Counted from the stretch's first letter, positions 9,303 to 18,459 are shown. The stretch is 64,000 bases of DNA from Cyclobacteriaceae bacterium (GCA_020436125.1 JAGQYK010000004.1:27815-91814); one strand, 5' to 3'. Notes: generated from the sequence alone by a model not told the origin. Made by a program: numbers and translations.

Positions 9303-10637
9303 TTATTTATACTGTTTTCCATGCTTAATCACCATATCCACATCCTGAAGTAAATCGATATGGCGCAACACATCTCCCTTTACTGCAATAATGTCTGCAT
9401 ATTTTCCCGCTGACACTGTTCCATAATCTTTATCCACACCCATAAGTACTGATGGCCAATAACTGGCTGCGCGTAAAGTATAAATCGGGTCCAGCCCAAA
9501 TTCGTTTACCCACACATCCAATTCATTCCACGTGCTTTGGCTGTGAAATTTTAATGGTACTCCGCTATCCGTACCGATCAACAAAACAACTCCGGCATCT
9601 TTCAGTTGTTTCATTTTCCGTTCCAGCGTTGGTTTACGAATTGGATTCAATTGAAAATACGGAAGTTGACCGGGCTGTTGAATCGAACCTTTGATATCTT
9701 GAATAATAGAATCTGGCAAATCTAAATGCCAGGAGTCGTTATCCAATTGCTCAGGATTATCGCGGATGTAGTTGTAATTATAAAGTACCTCCACTGTAGG
9801 TGTCCAAAAGAAAGGACCCAGATTCATTTGGGCAGTGCGCTCTTTGATCATGGCCATAATATCTTCTGGATATTCGGGGGCAGAAGAAAGACCGGTATGT
9901 TCGAAACAGTCGATACCGACTTTCATACCTCTGCGAATTTCTTCAGGTCGATGGGAGTGGCCGACTACTTTCAAATTATTCTTATGAGCTTCATCTACCA
10001 CCGCTTTTACTTCTTCCATAGTCATTTCATCCTGATCAATTAGTTTGATGAAGTCAACTCCCGCCTTAGCCAATTTTTTTATTTTATTCCTCGCATCTGC
10101 CTCGCCATTCACACCCCAACGGAAATCCTCCGTTCCTGGGTAAGGCTTATGCTGAATAAATGGGCCAGACATGTACATTGTTGGTCCGGGGATTTCACCC
10201 TTATTAATTCTATCACGCACATTGATACTCGCTTCAAGTGGAGCTCCTAAATCACGTGCGCTGGTAACTCCTGCCATCAATAATTGATGAGCAGATGACG
10301 GCATGATTACTTTTTCTAAAATCGGTGGTTTGTATGTTTTGTCCCAATGCGTGTAATCACTGTGTCCGTTCAACATTAGGTGGGTGTGCATGTCCCATAG
10401 CCCTGGCATTACACTCATTCCTTCTGTAGAAATTATCTCAGCTCCTTTTGGAATCTCTACCTCTCCTACACGCCCTACTTTTTTTATTCGTTCACCTTCG
10501 ATAATGATAACACTGTTCTGAAGGGGTGTGCTTCCGAATCCATCAATCAATGTGCCTCCTACCAGCGCTTTCACATTGGTTTGTGCCCAGGAAGTATAAC
10601 TCGCCACGAAGCAGAGCAGTACAAAAAGTTTTCTCAT
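9303..10637 (-). CDS. Secreted amidohydrolase family protein (Xaa-Pro dipeptidase-like)
   Basis: PGLWDMHTH (HxH), VGHSH, IGTDSG, GKYADIIAV; signal peptide MRKLFVLLCFVASYTSWAQ. Start moved from TTG 10685 to ATG 10637. Confidence 0.88.
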   Translation of the reverse strand: MRKLFVLLCFVASYTSWAQTNVKALVGGTLIDGFGSTPLQNSVIIIEGERIKKVGRVGEVEIPKGAEIISTEGMSVMPGLWDMHTHLMLNGHSDYTHWDKTYKPPILEKVIMPSSAHQLLMAGVTSARDLGAPLEASINVRDRINKGEIPGPTMYMSGPFIQHKPYPGTEDFRWGVNGEADARNKIKKLAKAGVDFIKLIDQDEMTMEEVKAVVDEAHKNNLKVVGHSHRPEEIRRGMKVGIDCFEHTGLSSAPEYPEDIMAMIKERTAQMNLGPFFWTPTVEVLYNYNYIRDNPEQLDNDSWHLDLPDSIIQDIKGSIQQPGQLPYFQLNPIRKPTLERKMKQLKDAGVVLLIGTDSGVPLKFHSQSTWNELDVWVNEFGLDPIYTLRAASYWPSVLMGVDKDYGTVSAGKYADIIAVKGDVLRHIDLLQDVDMVIKHGKQYK

Positions 10638-10682
10638 TTTCAATTTTTTTAGAATTAGCTCAAAAGGTAAAATAATCGTTCT

Positions 10683-10690
10683 CAAAGTTA
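10683..10690 (-). promoter_or_regulatory. Bacteroidota -7 promoter element TAACTTTG for the amidohydrolase-M20-thioesterase genes
   Basis: Exact match to TAnnTTTG about 45 nt upstream of ATG 10637. Confidence 0.55.
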
Positions 10691-10748
10691 GCCTGAAATT
10701 AAGACGAACGGAATCCTTTGTGATTTTTTACAAATACAGATCGCCTGA

Positions 10749-11258
10749 TTAGAAATCACCCGTCTTAAAACACACGCCATCCGGAGGGGATCCTATCGAT
10801 GGAGTTTCTTTTGGAGTATCATCACAAGTATAGATGGTCGGAGCAAATTTATCTGCCCAACTCTGACAAGTGGCGGCATCACAAAATGGTCCGGCCGTTC
10901 CGGTAGGTGCACCCATATTGGTTTCGCAGTCTGGCGATCCGTCACAATCCCAATTGGCGTAAACAAAATTTTGAAAGGCCGTATTATTGACCTCTATTCC
11001 ACAGGCTTCACAGGATTGACCGACAGTGCCACATTCCGAAACCGAACTATAGCATTTATTAAGGTTTTTACCATAAAACGGTAGGGAACAACATTTTCCG
11101 GCACTAGGGCACAAATATGGAAAAAGAGGATCCGTGCAAAGAATCGCATCTGGATCAGGGGCGTCCACGCAATTTGAACTTAGGCCAAGGAAAAGAACAA
11201 AAACTACACATTTGAGCAAAAAGCTTTTAAAAGCAACCATAGACAAAAGGTTTATCAC
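10749..11258 (-). CDS. Cysteine-rich putative lipoprotein, unknown family
   Basis: Hydrophobic signal ending LSSN-C30, then 14 further Cys in about 140 aa. Start is GTG 11258 or ATG 11240. Confidence 0.7.
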   Translation of the reverse strand: MINLLSMVAFKSFLLKCVVFVLFLGLSSNCVDAPDPDAILCTDPLFPYLCPSAGKCCSLPFYGKNLNKCYSSVSECGTVGQSCEACGIEVNNTAFQNFVYANWDCDGSPDCETNMGAPTGTAGPFCDAATCQSWADKFAPTIYTCDDTPKETPSIGSPPDGVCFKTGDF

Positions 11259-11324
11259 TCAATGTAATAAGAAAGGATTAGGCGCTCAAGTAAAAATATT
11301 GACTAAAAGGCTAAAGGAGGTAAT

Positions 11325-13229
11325 TTATTGAACCGGGATATTATCAAAATCTCCCCGTAATTGTCGATACCTTTTTCTTGCTTCGGCTGCATACACACTT
11401 CCTGGAAATCGATTCAAAAATTCGCGATAGATTTCCATAGCAGGATCCTTTTCCTTTTTATAATTCTCCAGGATATCACCCTGTGTAAAGAAGGCATCGT
11501 CCGCTAAAATATCATCTCCATACTCATCAATAATTTTTTGCAACAAGGTATATGCTTTGTCAAATTCTCCGCGCTTTAGCCGAAGTTGTGCCTCAAGCCA
11601 ATAGACATCATCGAGTATAGTGGTGTTAGTAATTTTTGCTGCAGCGCTATCTATTGGTTCCTTTGAAGGAAGTATACCACTTTTTAAACTGGCCATGCGC
11701 ATCAGTGCCGTATCTACTTTATTCTGGTACAGTAACAATTCAATTGCGGCATACTCTTTCAGCGCTGTTCCCACACTATCAAAAGTGGTATTCTCTTTTA
11801 TGCGGATACTTAGGTCCATGGCATCGTTCGCGATTTCTCTGGTCGTAGCTTCCTTAAGTATATCAAGATGCTCTTGTGCCAAGGCAAAATCTCCTTTATA
11901 ATAAGATAGCTTTGCGTTTCGCAATTTGGCCTCATAACCAATAGGTGTTTCGCGCTGAGAACGTTCAACTTGAGAATATAACAGCGTAGATTCCCAGGGC
12001 TCTTCTTTGAGCATGTAAATATCACCCATTTCCAATTTTGCTTTCGCCTTAATATAGGGTGCAACACGAGGGTTTTCTATAAGCACATTCAGCTTACCTA
12101 TGGCAGCATCTTTTTCATCCAACAGGTATCCATAAAGTGAAGCCTGATTTAAAATGGCTTCATATGAATTAGGGTTTTCCGGATAAGTATCGGTGAATGA
12201 CTCATACTCTGCAATGAGGTACCGAACAGAATCCTTTTTTATAGGATAGCTTTTTTTCACTTTGGCCTCACGTGCTTTGATCAGACCCAATCGAGCAGGC
12301 AAGTAATTATCAGTATTGGCATATTCCTTCACTACATACGAAAAGCCTTTATCCGCATTTTCAAAATCTTCATTACTTAATGCGATGTTAGCTATATCCA
12401 GTGTTTTTGAGGATTCCTTTTTGAATCTTTTGTCGTAGGCCCTGGCTTGAACAAATGCTCCGTAAAAATTTTTTTGTTGAAGATTAACCCAAATGAGTAA
12501 ATCGGCATACACTTCGGAGTCAGGATTTCTTTGGACTTTTTCGTAAAGTAATCTTTCCAACGCTTCCATTTCTTCCGGCTTGGTAAGAAGAATCTGTAGA
12601 AGATTTTTTACATAATTAATATTTCCCGGAGTTTGGGTAACGTAGTTGAGATACTCTTCGACCATGGCATCCCGGTTACCCTGCAGCCGGTAGAGGTTAG
12701 CCAATTCGAGGGTGAAAAGCGAATTGTTGGAATGCACATCACGTGCCTCTTGCATAGCCATAACCGCATAATCGGTAAGGCGCTGTGAAGCCAAATAATC
12801 AGAAATTGATTTAATGCGATAGATATCGTTTGCGTTAGCCTTGATAACACTTTTAAATTGTTTTTCAGCTTTTTGAACATCACCACTTTTGATGTAGACC
12901 AGACCAAGATCAAGATGGTAATTAATCCTGTTATCAACCTTGCGAATAAGCTTCTCGACATAATTTTCGGCATCCTTATACTTGCCAAGATCCAACATTA
13001 AATTCAAGAAATCATTGTGTATTAATGGAATGTTGACAAAATCCCGCGCTAAATCCTCGTAAACTTTCAGCGCCTTTTCTTTTTCGCCCTTTGCAGCGTA
13101 TTCGCTTGCAATTTGAATTTCTTGTCTGTTTTGTGCGAAAGCACTGAAGCTGGGTAGTGCACAAAGAACACATACTAATGTTATACTATTAAATATATAT
13201 TTTAAATAACTACTATAAGGGCTGTGCAT
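11325..13229 (-). CDS. Secreted/periplasmic tetratricopeptide-repeat protein
   Basis: 634 aa of repeated helical TPR-like units (e.g. YHLDLGLVYIKSGDVQKAEKQFKSVIK); signal cleavage site AFA-Q. Confidence 0.85.
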   Translation of the reverse strand: MHSPYSSYLKYIFNSITLVCVLCALPSFSAFAQNRQEIQIASEYAAKGEKEKALKVYEDLARDFVNIPLIHNDFLNLMLDLGKYKDAENYVEKLIRKVDNRINYHLDLGLVYIKSGDVQKAEKQFKSVIKANANDIYRIKSISDYLASQRLTDYAVMAMQEARDVHSNNSLFTLELANLYRLQGNRDAMVEEYLNYVTQTPGNINYVKNLLQILLTKPEEMEALERLLYEKVQRNPDSEVYADLLIWVNLQQKNFYGAFVQARAYDKRFKKESSKTLDIANIALSNEDFENADKGFSYVVKEYANTDNYLPARLGLIKAREAKVKKSYPIKKDSVRYLIAEYESFTDTYPENPNSYEAILNQASLYGYLLDEKDAAIGKLNVLIENPRVAPYIKAKAKLEMGDIYMLKEEPWESTLLYSQVERSQRETPIGYEAKLRNAKLSYYKGDFALAQEHLDILKEATTREIANDAMDLSIRIKENTTFDSVGTALKEYAAIELLLYQNKVDTALMRMASLKSGILPSKEPIDSAAAKITNTTILDDVYWLEAQLRLKRGEFDKAYTLLQKIIDEYGDDILADDAFFTQGDILENYKKEKDPAMEIYREFLNRFPGSVYAAEARKRYRQLRGDFDNIPVQ

Positions 13230-13493
13230 TTGTGGATAAGTCTAAGGTCTCAAAGACATGGGTTTAACTTGTGGATAGATATTGTATAGAAAGTGCTGCT
13301 AGTTTATCTAAATACTATGTTAACCTTATTATTCCACAATTTTATAAAATGTGAATCAAGGCTGTCTACAAATTAACGAACTGTGTATAAATATTATTGG
13401 ATCAGAGTTATCAACGAGAAATATCATTTATGAAAGGATTTCTAGTCATTAACTGGTTTGCCCTCCAGTTTGGGTGAGTTTTCCACAATGGTT
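13190..13493. other. Candidate chromosomal replication origin (oriC): DnaA-box cluster with AT-rich flank
   Basis: Exact TTWTNCACA at 13231-13239(-), 13382-13390(-) and 13479-13487(+). One-mismatch boxes at 13270-13278(-), 13330-13338(+) and 13350-13358(-). Degenerate boxes at 13222-13230(-) and 13408-13416(+). About 2.6 kb from mnmG and 4.5 kb from a parS pair. Confidence 0.8.
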
Positions 13494-15206
13494 TTAGAAT
13501 ATCAACAATAGAGGGCCTAGCTCCCAATTGGCTCTAATTGGGAAATCGTATTTTTTGTCTTGTGTTTGGTAGAACCATATTGACTCTGGTTCTTCTCTAT
13601 TATAGAAGTTTCCTGGATCCCATTTTCCATTATTGTTTTTGTCAAGTATTACCTTGATTTTATAGTTTTTCGGTTGAAGATATTGAAATGCATATTTGTT
13701 CAGATTTTTAATCTCTTCCACTATTTCTCCATCTGGCGATGTAAGCTGAATGATAAAGTTGGGCTCATTGGTTTGAACCTCTATTAAAAGTGTGCCTGTA
13801 GCGCCTTTTTTTATTTCAGTAATTGGGAATTTTTGGAATTTCAACGTGTCTGATTCCTGACTAATTATTGACCCTTTATTGAATACTAGTTCTGGTTGGG
13901 TGGTTTGCGGAAGTGTTCGCGGTAATCGGCCTGGCTCTCCCTTCACCCTTTTAGTTATTTGTTCATTGGTAGGTGGCTGTATTTTCTGTTCTCTGAATAA
14001 AGAGTCTTGCGGTATAAGCTTTTTCACTGTTAACCTTTTCTTAATTGTGTCATATAATAAGTCACTTCGGTTGACTGATATAGAATGGAGGGAATCAAGT
14101 CTTACGAATATACTGTCTGTGTTTATAAATAGGATGGGTTTAGAAAATTTGAATTCTTGCGTTAGCGTATTTGTCGTTAGTGAGTATTTAATGTTTTGAG
14201 GGGCTACTGTGAAATCACTTGGAATAGAATTAGCCTTTAGAGGCTTTATAAAAAATGTCGTGTCCATGATAGATCCAATACTGTCGGTTGAGCTGAGAAA
14301 TATTTTTATACTGTCAGTTACTATTTTTGGATTATAGACGGCAATCTCTGTTTGATCGTCTCCGAATGACTTGACCAAAGATTCATTTGTTTCTGCTTTG
14401 ATGGTAAACTGGGTAATACTTTTGTTGAATTTAATTCTAGTTGTTAGGCCTGTATTCCTAATGTTATTTATAGACAGTGGACGCATATCCATACTGATTA
14501 ATGGAATAATTAATGAATCAATAGGTCCAGTTAACTCGAGTTGGTCTTTTAGAAATCCAAATTTCTCTGTTCTACTTTCTACTTTTAGATTTTTATTGTT
14601 GTCTTGAAATGCGTACAAATAATAGTTTCCGCTCTTAATGTTTTCAAGGCTATATGCTCCTCTATCATCCACCAGAGTGAAATAGTTAGGTGAATGCTGA
14701 AAGATGTTAAAAGTATCGGAGGCATAAAGTGCCACTGTTATTTTCTCAGGGACTTTAGTGTTCAGGGCCATCGTTACTTTTCCTTTCACGTTCATGGAGT
14801 CTATTAAGGGACCAGTACTGAATGCAAGCTTTAAATTTTTAGGAGCGTTGTTTTCTGTGATGTCTTTTATCCCTTCTCGAAATGCTATGGAGTAAGTTGT
14901 ATTTTCATCCCATCCTTTTTCTGGTATCAGTGTGACTGTATTTTTCCTGACTTTGTATTCTATTTCTTGATCAGATCTGGGCGAGATAAGTATTTCTTCT
15001 TTAGGATTGTTGAGGTTGATGGCCTCATCAAATAATAGTGTGACTTCTTTTCCTTTAAAGTTCCTTTGTTTGTTGTCTGGAGTTGATTCAATAAGGGTCG
15101 GTGGTGTTTCATCCTTAGGCCCTCCCATTGGTGTTGTTTGGTTGGCGCAGCTCCATAGCAGCAGGATGTACAGAGATAGAATGATACTAGTTGCATTTCT
15201 ATGCAT
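13494..15206 (-). CDS. Ig-like (Big_5-type) domain lipoprotein with C-terminal EF-hand-like DxNxNGxWD motif
   Basis: LLLWSC lipobox, CANQTTPMGGPKDETPP, ILDKNNNGKWDPG. Start at ATG 15206 overlaps the upstream stop codon. Confidence 0.8.
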   Translation of the reverse strand: MHRNATSIILSLYILLLWSCANQTTPMGGPKDETPPTLIESTPDNKQRNFKGKEVTLLFDEAINLNNPKEEILISPRSDQEIEYKVRKNTVTLIPEKGWDENTTYSIAFREGIKDITENNAPKNLKLAFSTGPLIDSMNVKGKVTMALNTKVPEKITVALYASDTFNIFQHSPNYFTLVDDRGAYSLENIKSGNYYLYAFQDNNKNLKVESRTEKFGFLKDQLELTGPIDSLIIPLISMDMRPLSINNIRNTGLTTRIKFNKSITQFTIKAETNESLVKSFGDDQTEIAVYNPKIVTDSIKIFLSSTDSIGSIMDTTFFIKPLKANSIPSDFTVAPQNIKYSLTTNTLTQEFKFSKPILFINTDSIFVRLDSLHSISVNRSDLLYDTIKKRLTVKKLIPQDSLFREQKIQPPTNEQITKRVKGEPGRLPRTLPQTTQPELVFNKGSIISQESDTLKFQKFPITEIKKGATGTLLIEVQTNEPNFIIQLTSPDGEIVEEIKNLNKYAFQYLQPKNYKIKVILDKNNNGKWDPGNFYNREEPESIWFYQTQDKKYDFPIRANWELGPLLLIF

Positions 15207-16095
15207 GACCCGCAATATATATAAGGCTTGAATAATTCATTGTTTTTCTTGCTTTGGCATTCGAACTCAATCCTGTCAGAAGTGCCTTTATAGGAGTAGC
15301 CAAGCTGTGCTTTGAATTGTTCTTGTATTTTTCACTCAATAATGAAACGTAATAAGCATCCAGCTTCATTGGCAATATTTCTTTCAATAGGAGTTGATTA
15401 TTGTCAAAAAGCCTTGTCACATTTTTTTGAGAGAAGTGCCAGAAGTGCCTGGGTACATCATAGGCAGCCCAGTGGGATTGATAGTGTTGTGCGTCATAAG
15501 ATTTATGGTTAGGGACAGCAACAAAAATTAATCCATCTTCCTTTAACTTTTCTTTTAATTGAGCTATCAGCGTGTTGGGATTGGGAACGTGTTCCAGTAC
15601 ATGCCAAAGTGTGATGATGTCAAATTTATTTTCAGGAAGTTCTTCTAGTTTTTCAAATACGGATAAATTTTTGTTTTGTGATTTAATTTTTGCTCTAGCT
15701 TCTTTAGATGGCTCCACTGCAGAACCCTCCCAATTGTTATTGGCCATGTAATTGATAAACTCGCCAGTGCCGCAACCATAATCTAATATAGTGCCTCTCG
15801 TTTTTCTCGAAGTGATAATATCGTGTTTCCAACTGAGGGTATAATTTCTAGCCTTTAAATAGATCCAATCAAATATGGAGTTGCTTTTACCTGTATGAGA
15901 AATGTATTCCTCTGATTTGTAGAACTCACCAATTGATTGTTGGTCTGGCCTTGGACTGGTGAGTAGCAGTTGGCACGACTGACATTGTAGAATGCTGAAT
16001 TGCTGGTGGCTATAGGTGTAGTCCTCACAGTTAAATACATGTTGAAAAGATGTTCCCCTGCAAACCGGACAAAGCTTTACGAGTTCAGTTTGCAT
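15199..16095 (-). CDS. Class I SAM-dependent methyltransferase with N-terminal Zn-ribbon
   Basis: CPVC...CQSC; ILDYGCGTGEF motif I; DIITLWHVLEH. Confidence 0.88.
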   Translation of the reverse strand: MQTELVKLCPVCRGTSFQHVFNCEDYTYSHQQFSILQCQSCQLLLTSPRPDQQSIGEFYKSEEYISHTGKSNSIFDWIYLKARNYTLSWKHDIITSRKTRGTILDYGCGTGEFINYMANNNWEGSAVEPSKEARAKIKSQNKNLSVFEKLEELPENKFDIITLWHVLEHVPNPNTLIAQLKEKLKEDGLIFVAVPNHKSYDAQHYQSHWAAYDVPRHFWHFSQKNVTRLFDNNQLLLKEILPMKLDAYYVSLLSEKYKNNSKHSLATPIKALLTGLSSNAKARKTMNYSSLIYIAGHA

Positions 16096-16098
16096 TGA

Positions 16099-17961
16099 TT
16101 ACTTTCCCATGTAGATTGTGAGTACTGAGATGTCTGCCGGGTTAACGCCACTTATCCTCGAAGCCTGCCCCAGTGTTTCGGGTTTTATTTTTTTAAGTTT
16201 TTCTCTGGATTCTGAAGACAGCGCTTTTACCCTATCATAGTCGAAATCTGGCTTTATTTTGTAATGCTCTAGTCCCTCAATCTTGTGAGCCAATTTTTCT
16301 TCTCGGTCTATATAAGTGATATACTTTACCTGAATTTCTGCTTGTTCCTGCACTTCTGGTTCGAAAGCGGAAACATAGTCGTTGATAGTAGTATGTACTC
16401 TTTTTAATTCCTGCATTCCTATTTCGGGGCGCTTAAGAAAATTTACAACGGGAACTCTTTCTCTAATTGTTGCGGACTTTAGCTCAGTCAGGTTTTCGTT
16501 GACCGCAGTTGGATCTAGCTTAAGCTTTTCAAGTTCTTTGATAAGCTCTTCTACTTTTTCCTTTTTCTTTAACACTTTCTGCAGGCGTTGATCATCTGCC
16601 AATCCAATCTGATGACCTATCTCTGTTAAGCGTAGATCGGCATTGTCCTGTCGAAGCAGAATTCTGTATTCTGCTCTGGAGGTAAACATGCGGTATGGCT
16701 CAATTGTACCTTTGTTCACAAGGTCATCAATCAATACACCGATGTAGGCCTCTGATCTTTTAAGTACAAGGGCCTCCTTTTCATTAATTTTATTATGTGC
16801 GTTTATTCCCGCCATAAGACCCTGACAAGCGGCCTCTTCATACCCTGTTGTGCCGTTGATTTGACCTGCAAAGTACAGATTATCAATTAGTTGCGTCTCT
16901 AACGAGCGCTTCAATTGTGTAGGGGGAAAGTAGTCGTATTCAATAGCATATCCTGGCCTGAACATTTTGGCTTTTTCAAAGCCTGGTATCTTGATAAGTG
17001 CTTGGTATTGAATGTCTTCAGGTAAGGATGTCGAAAACCCATTGACATAAATTTCAACAGTATTCCACCCTTCTGGTTCTACGAAGATTTGGTGTCGGTC
17101 TTTGTCGGCAAACCTATTGATCTTGTCTTCTATCGATGGGCAGTAGCGCGGACCTAGTCCTTGTATCCTTCCCTGGAACATTGGAGACTTGTCAAACCCT
17201 TTTGCTAACTCCTCATGGACCCCCTCGTTGGTGTAGGTGATCCAGCAGCTTACTTGTTTATTTAGAGGCTGGGTTTCCGTGAATGAAAATTTACCCGGAT
17301 GTTCGTCCCCAGGCTGTTCTTCCATTTTTGAATAATCCAGCGATCTCCCATCCACCCTTGGAGGTGTACCAGTTTTCATTCTTCCCGACTCGAATCCTAG
17401 TTGAATCAATTGTTCAGTTAATCCAGTGGCGGCCTTTTCGCCTGTTCTTCCTCCACCAAAGTTTTTCTCTCCTATATGAATCAATCCATTTAGGAATGTG
17501 CCATTAGTAAGTACTACGGCTTTGGCTTTAATTGCTAGGCCCAGGGATGTCTTTACTCCTTTTACTTTCCCATTTTCTACAATTAGACCAGAGACCATTT
17601 CTTGCCAGAAGTCTACATTGGGTGTCCGCTCAAGCATTATTCTCCACTCTTCAGCAAACTTCATTCTATCGTTCTGGGTTCTTGGACTCCACATTGCTGG
17701 TCCTTTTGATCGGTTCAGCATTCTGAATTGGATCATCGATCGATCAGATACAATTCCGGAGTACCCCCCCAAAGCGTCTATTTCCCTAACTATTTGACCT
17801 TTGGCTACTCCTCCCATTGCTGGATTGCAAGACATTTGACCAATCGTGGTCATATTCATAGTCACTAATAATACTTTGGACCCCATGTTGGCTGCTGCTG
17901 CCGCAGCTTCACAGCCAGCATGCCCACCACCCACTACAATAACATCGTACTCTTGAAACAT
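16099..17961 (-). CDS. mnmG: tRNA uridine-5-carboxymethylaminomethyl modification enzyme MnmG (GidA)
   Basis: YDVIVVGGGHAGCEAA, MSCNPAMGG, GPRYCPSIEDK, AGQINGTTGYEEAA. Confidence 0.99.
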   Translation of the reverse strand: MFQEYDVIVVGGGHAGCEAAAAAANMGSKVLLVTMNMTTIGQMSCNPAMGGVAKGQIVREIDALGGYSGIVSDRSMIQFRMLNRSKGPAMWSPRTQNDRMKFAEEWRIMLERTPNVDFWQEMVSGLIVENGKVKGVKTSLGLAIKAKAVVLTNGTFLNGLIHIGEKNFGGGRTGEKAATGLTEQLIQLGFESGRMKTGTPPRVDGRSLDYSKMEEQPGDEHPGKFSFTETQPLNKQVSCWITYTNEGVHEELAKGFDKSPMFQGRIQGLGPRYCPSIEDKINRFADKDRHQIFVEPEGWNTVEIYVNGFSTSLPEDIQYQALIKIPGFEKAKMFRPGYAIEYDYFPPTQLKRSLETQLIDNLYFAGQINGTTGYEEAACQGLMAGINAHNKINEKEALVLKRSEAYIGVLIDDLVNKGTIEPYRMFTSRAEYRILLRQDNADLRLTEIGHQIGLADDQRLQKVLKKKEKVEELIKELEKLKLDPTAVNENLTELKSATIRERVPVVNFLKRPEIGMQELKRVHTTINDYVSAFEPEVQEQAEIQVKYITYIDREEKLAHKIEGLEHYKIKPDFDYDRVKALSSESREKLKKIKPETLGQASRISGVNPADISVLTIYMGK

Positions 17962-17973
17962 ATATTTATTTAA

Positions 17974-17989
17974 CGTTTCACGTGGAACA
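17974..17989. other. parS centromere-like site 1
   Basis: CGTTTCACGTGGAACA versus consensus TGTTTCACGTGAAACA (2 differences). Confidence 0.82.
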
Positions 17990-18018
17990 TGGATTGAGGA
18001 GAAGCCCCTGTTTTCTTA

Positions 18019-18034
18019 TGTTTCACGTGGAACA
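18019..18034. other. parS centromere-like site 2
   Basis: TGTTTCACGTGGAACA versus consensus TGTTTCACGTGAAACA (1 difference). Confidence 0.88.
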
Positions 18035-18039
18035 AGTTT

Positions 18040-18459
18040 TTATTTACGCAAAGATAGGTAAGCTTCTTCTTTTTTGCGCATAAGGGCCTTATCGCTAGAT
18101 TTTTTGTCCTTATAGCCCAATAGATGTAGTACCCCATGGATAATCACGCGGTGAAGCTCTTCGTCAAAAGGAACTTCAAAATGCTTTGCGTTTTCCTCTA
18201 CTCTTTCAACACTAATATAGATTTCCCCTGAGATAGGTGCACCTTTTTCAGAATGGTCAAAAGTGATGATGTCTGTAAGGGTATTATGATTGAGGTATTG
18301 CTGATTAATGGAGAGTAGGTACTGATCAGAGCAGAAGATGTAGTTCAACTCGTTGAGTTGCCCTTTTTCTTTCTTAATGGCTTCTTTGATCCAGGTAATG
18401 GTTTTTCTGGGGTGAGCTAGTTTAAAAGTGGTTTCTTCTGTGAAGAATCGAACCGCCAT
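18040..18459 (-). CDS. ybeY: rRNA maturation endoribonuclease YbeY
   Basis: TDIITF and HRVIIHGVLHLLGYKD (H-x3-H-x5-H-like zinc site). Confidence 0.96.
   Translation of the reverse strand: MAVRFFTEETTFKLAHPRKTITWIKEAIKKEKGQLNELNYIFCSDQYLLSINQQYLNHNTLTDIITFDHSEKGAPISGEIYISVERVEENAKHFEVPFDEELHRVIIHGVLHLLGYKDKKSSDKALMRKKEEAYLSLRK
18049..18056 (-). promoter_or_regulatory. -7 promoter element TATCTTTG for mnmG (inside the ybeY 3' end)
   Basis: Exact TAnnTTTG followed by CG. Confidence 0.6.

Noticed and set aside
13230-13493. IHF site or Dam GATC enrichment in the candidate origin
   Set aside because: No WATCAANNNNTTR match was found, and there is only one GATC.
17970-17990. Mini-ORF MFHVKR upstream of mnmG
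   Set aside because: It is just the parS palindrome read as codons and is out of frame with mnmG; no independent evidence of a leader peptide.
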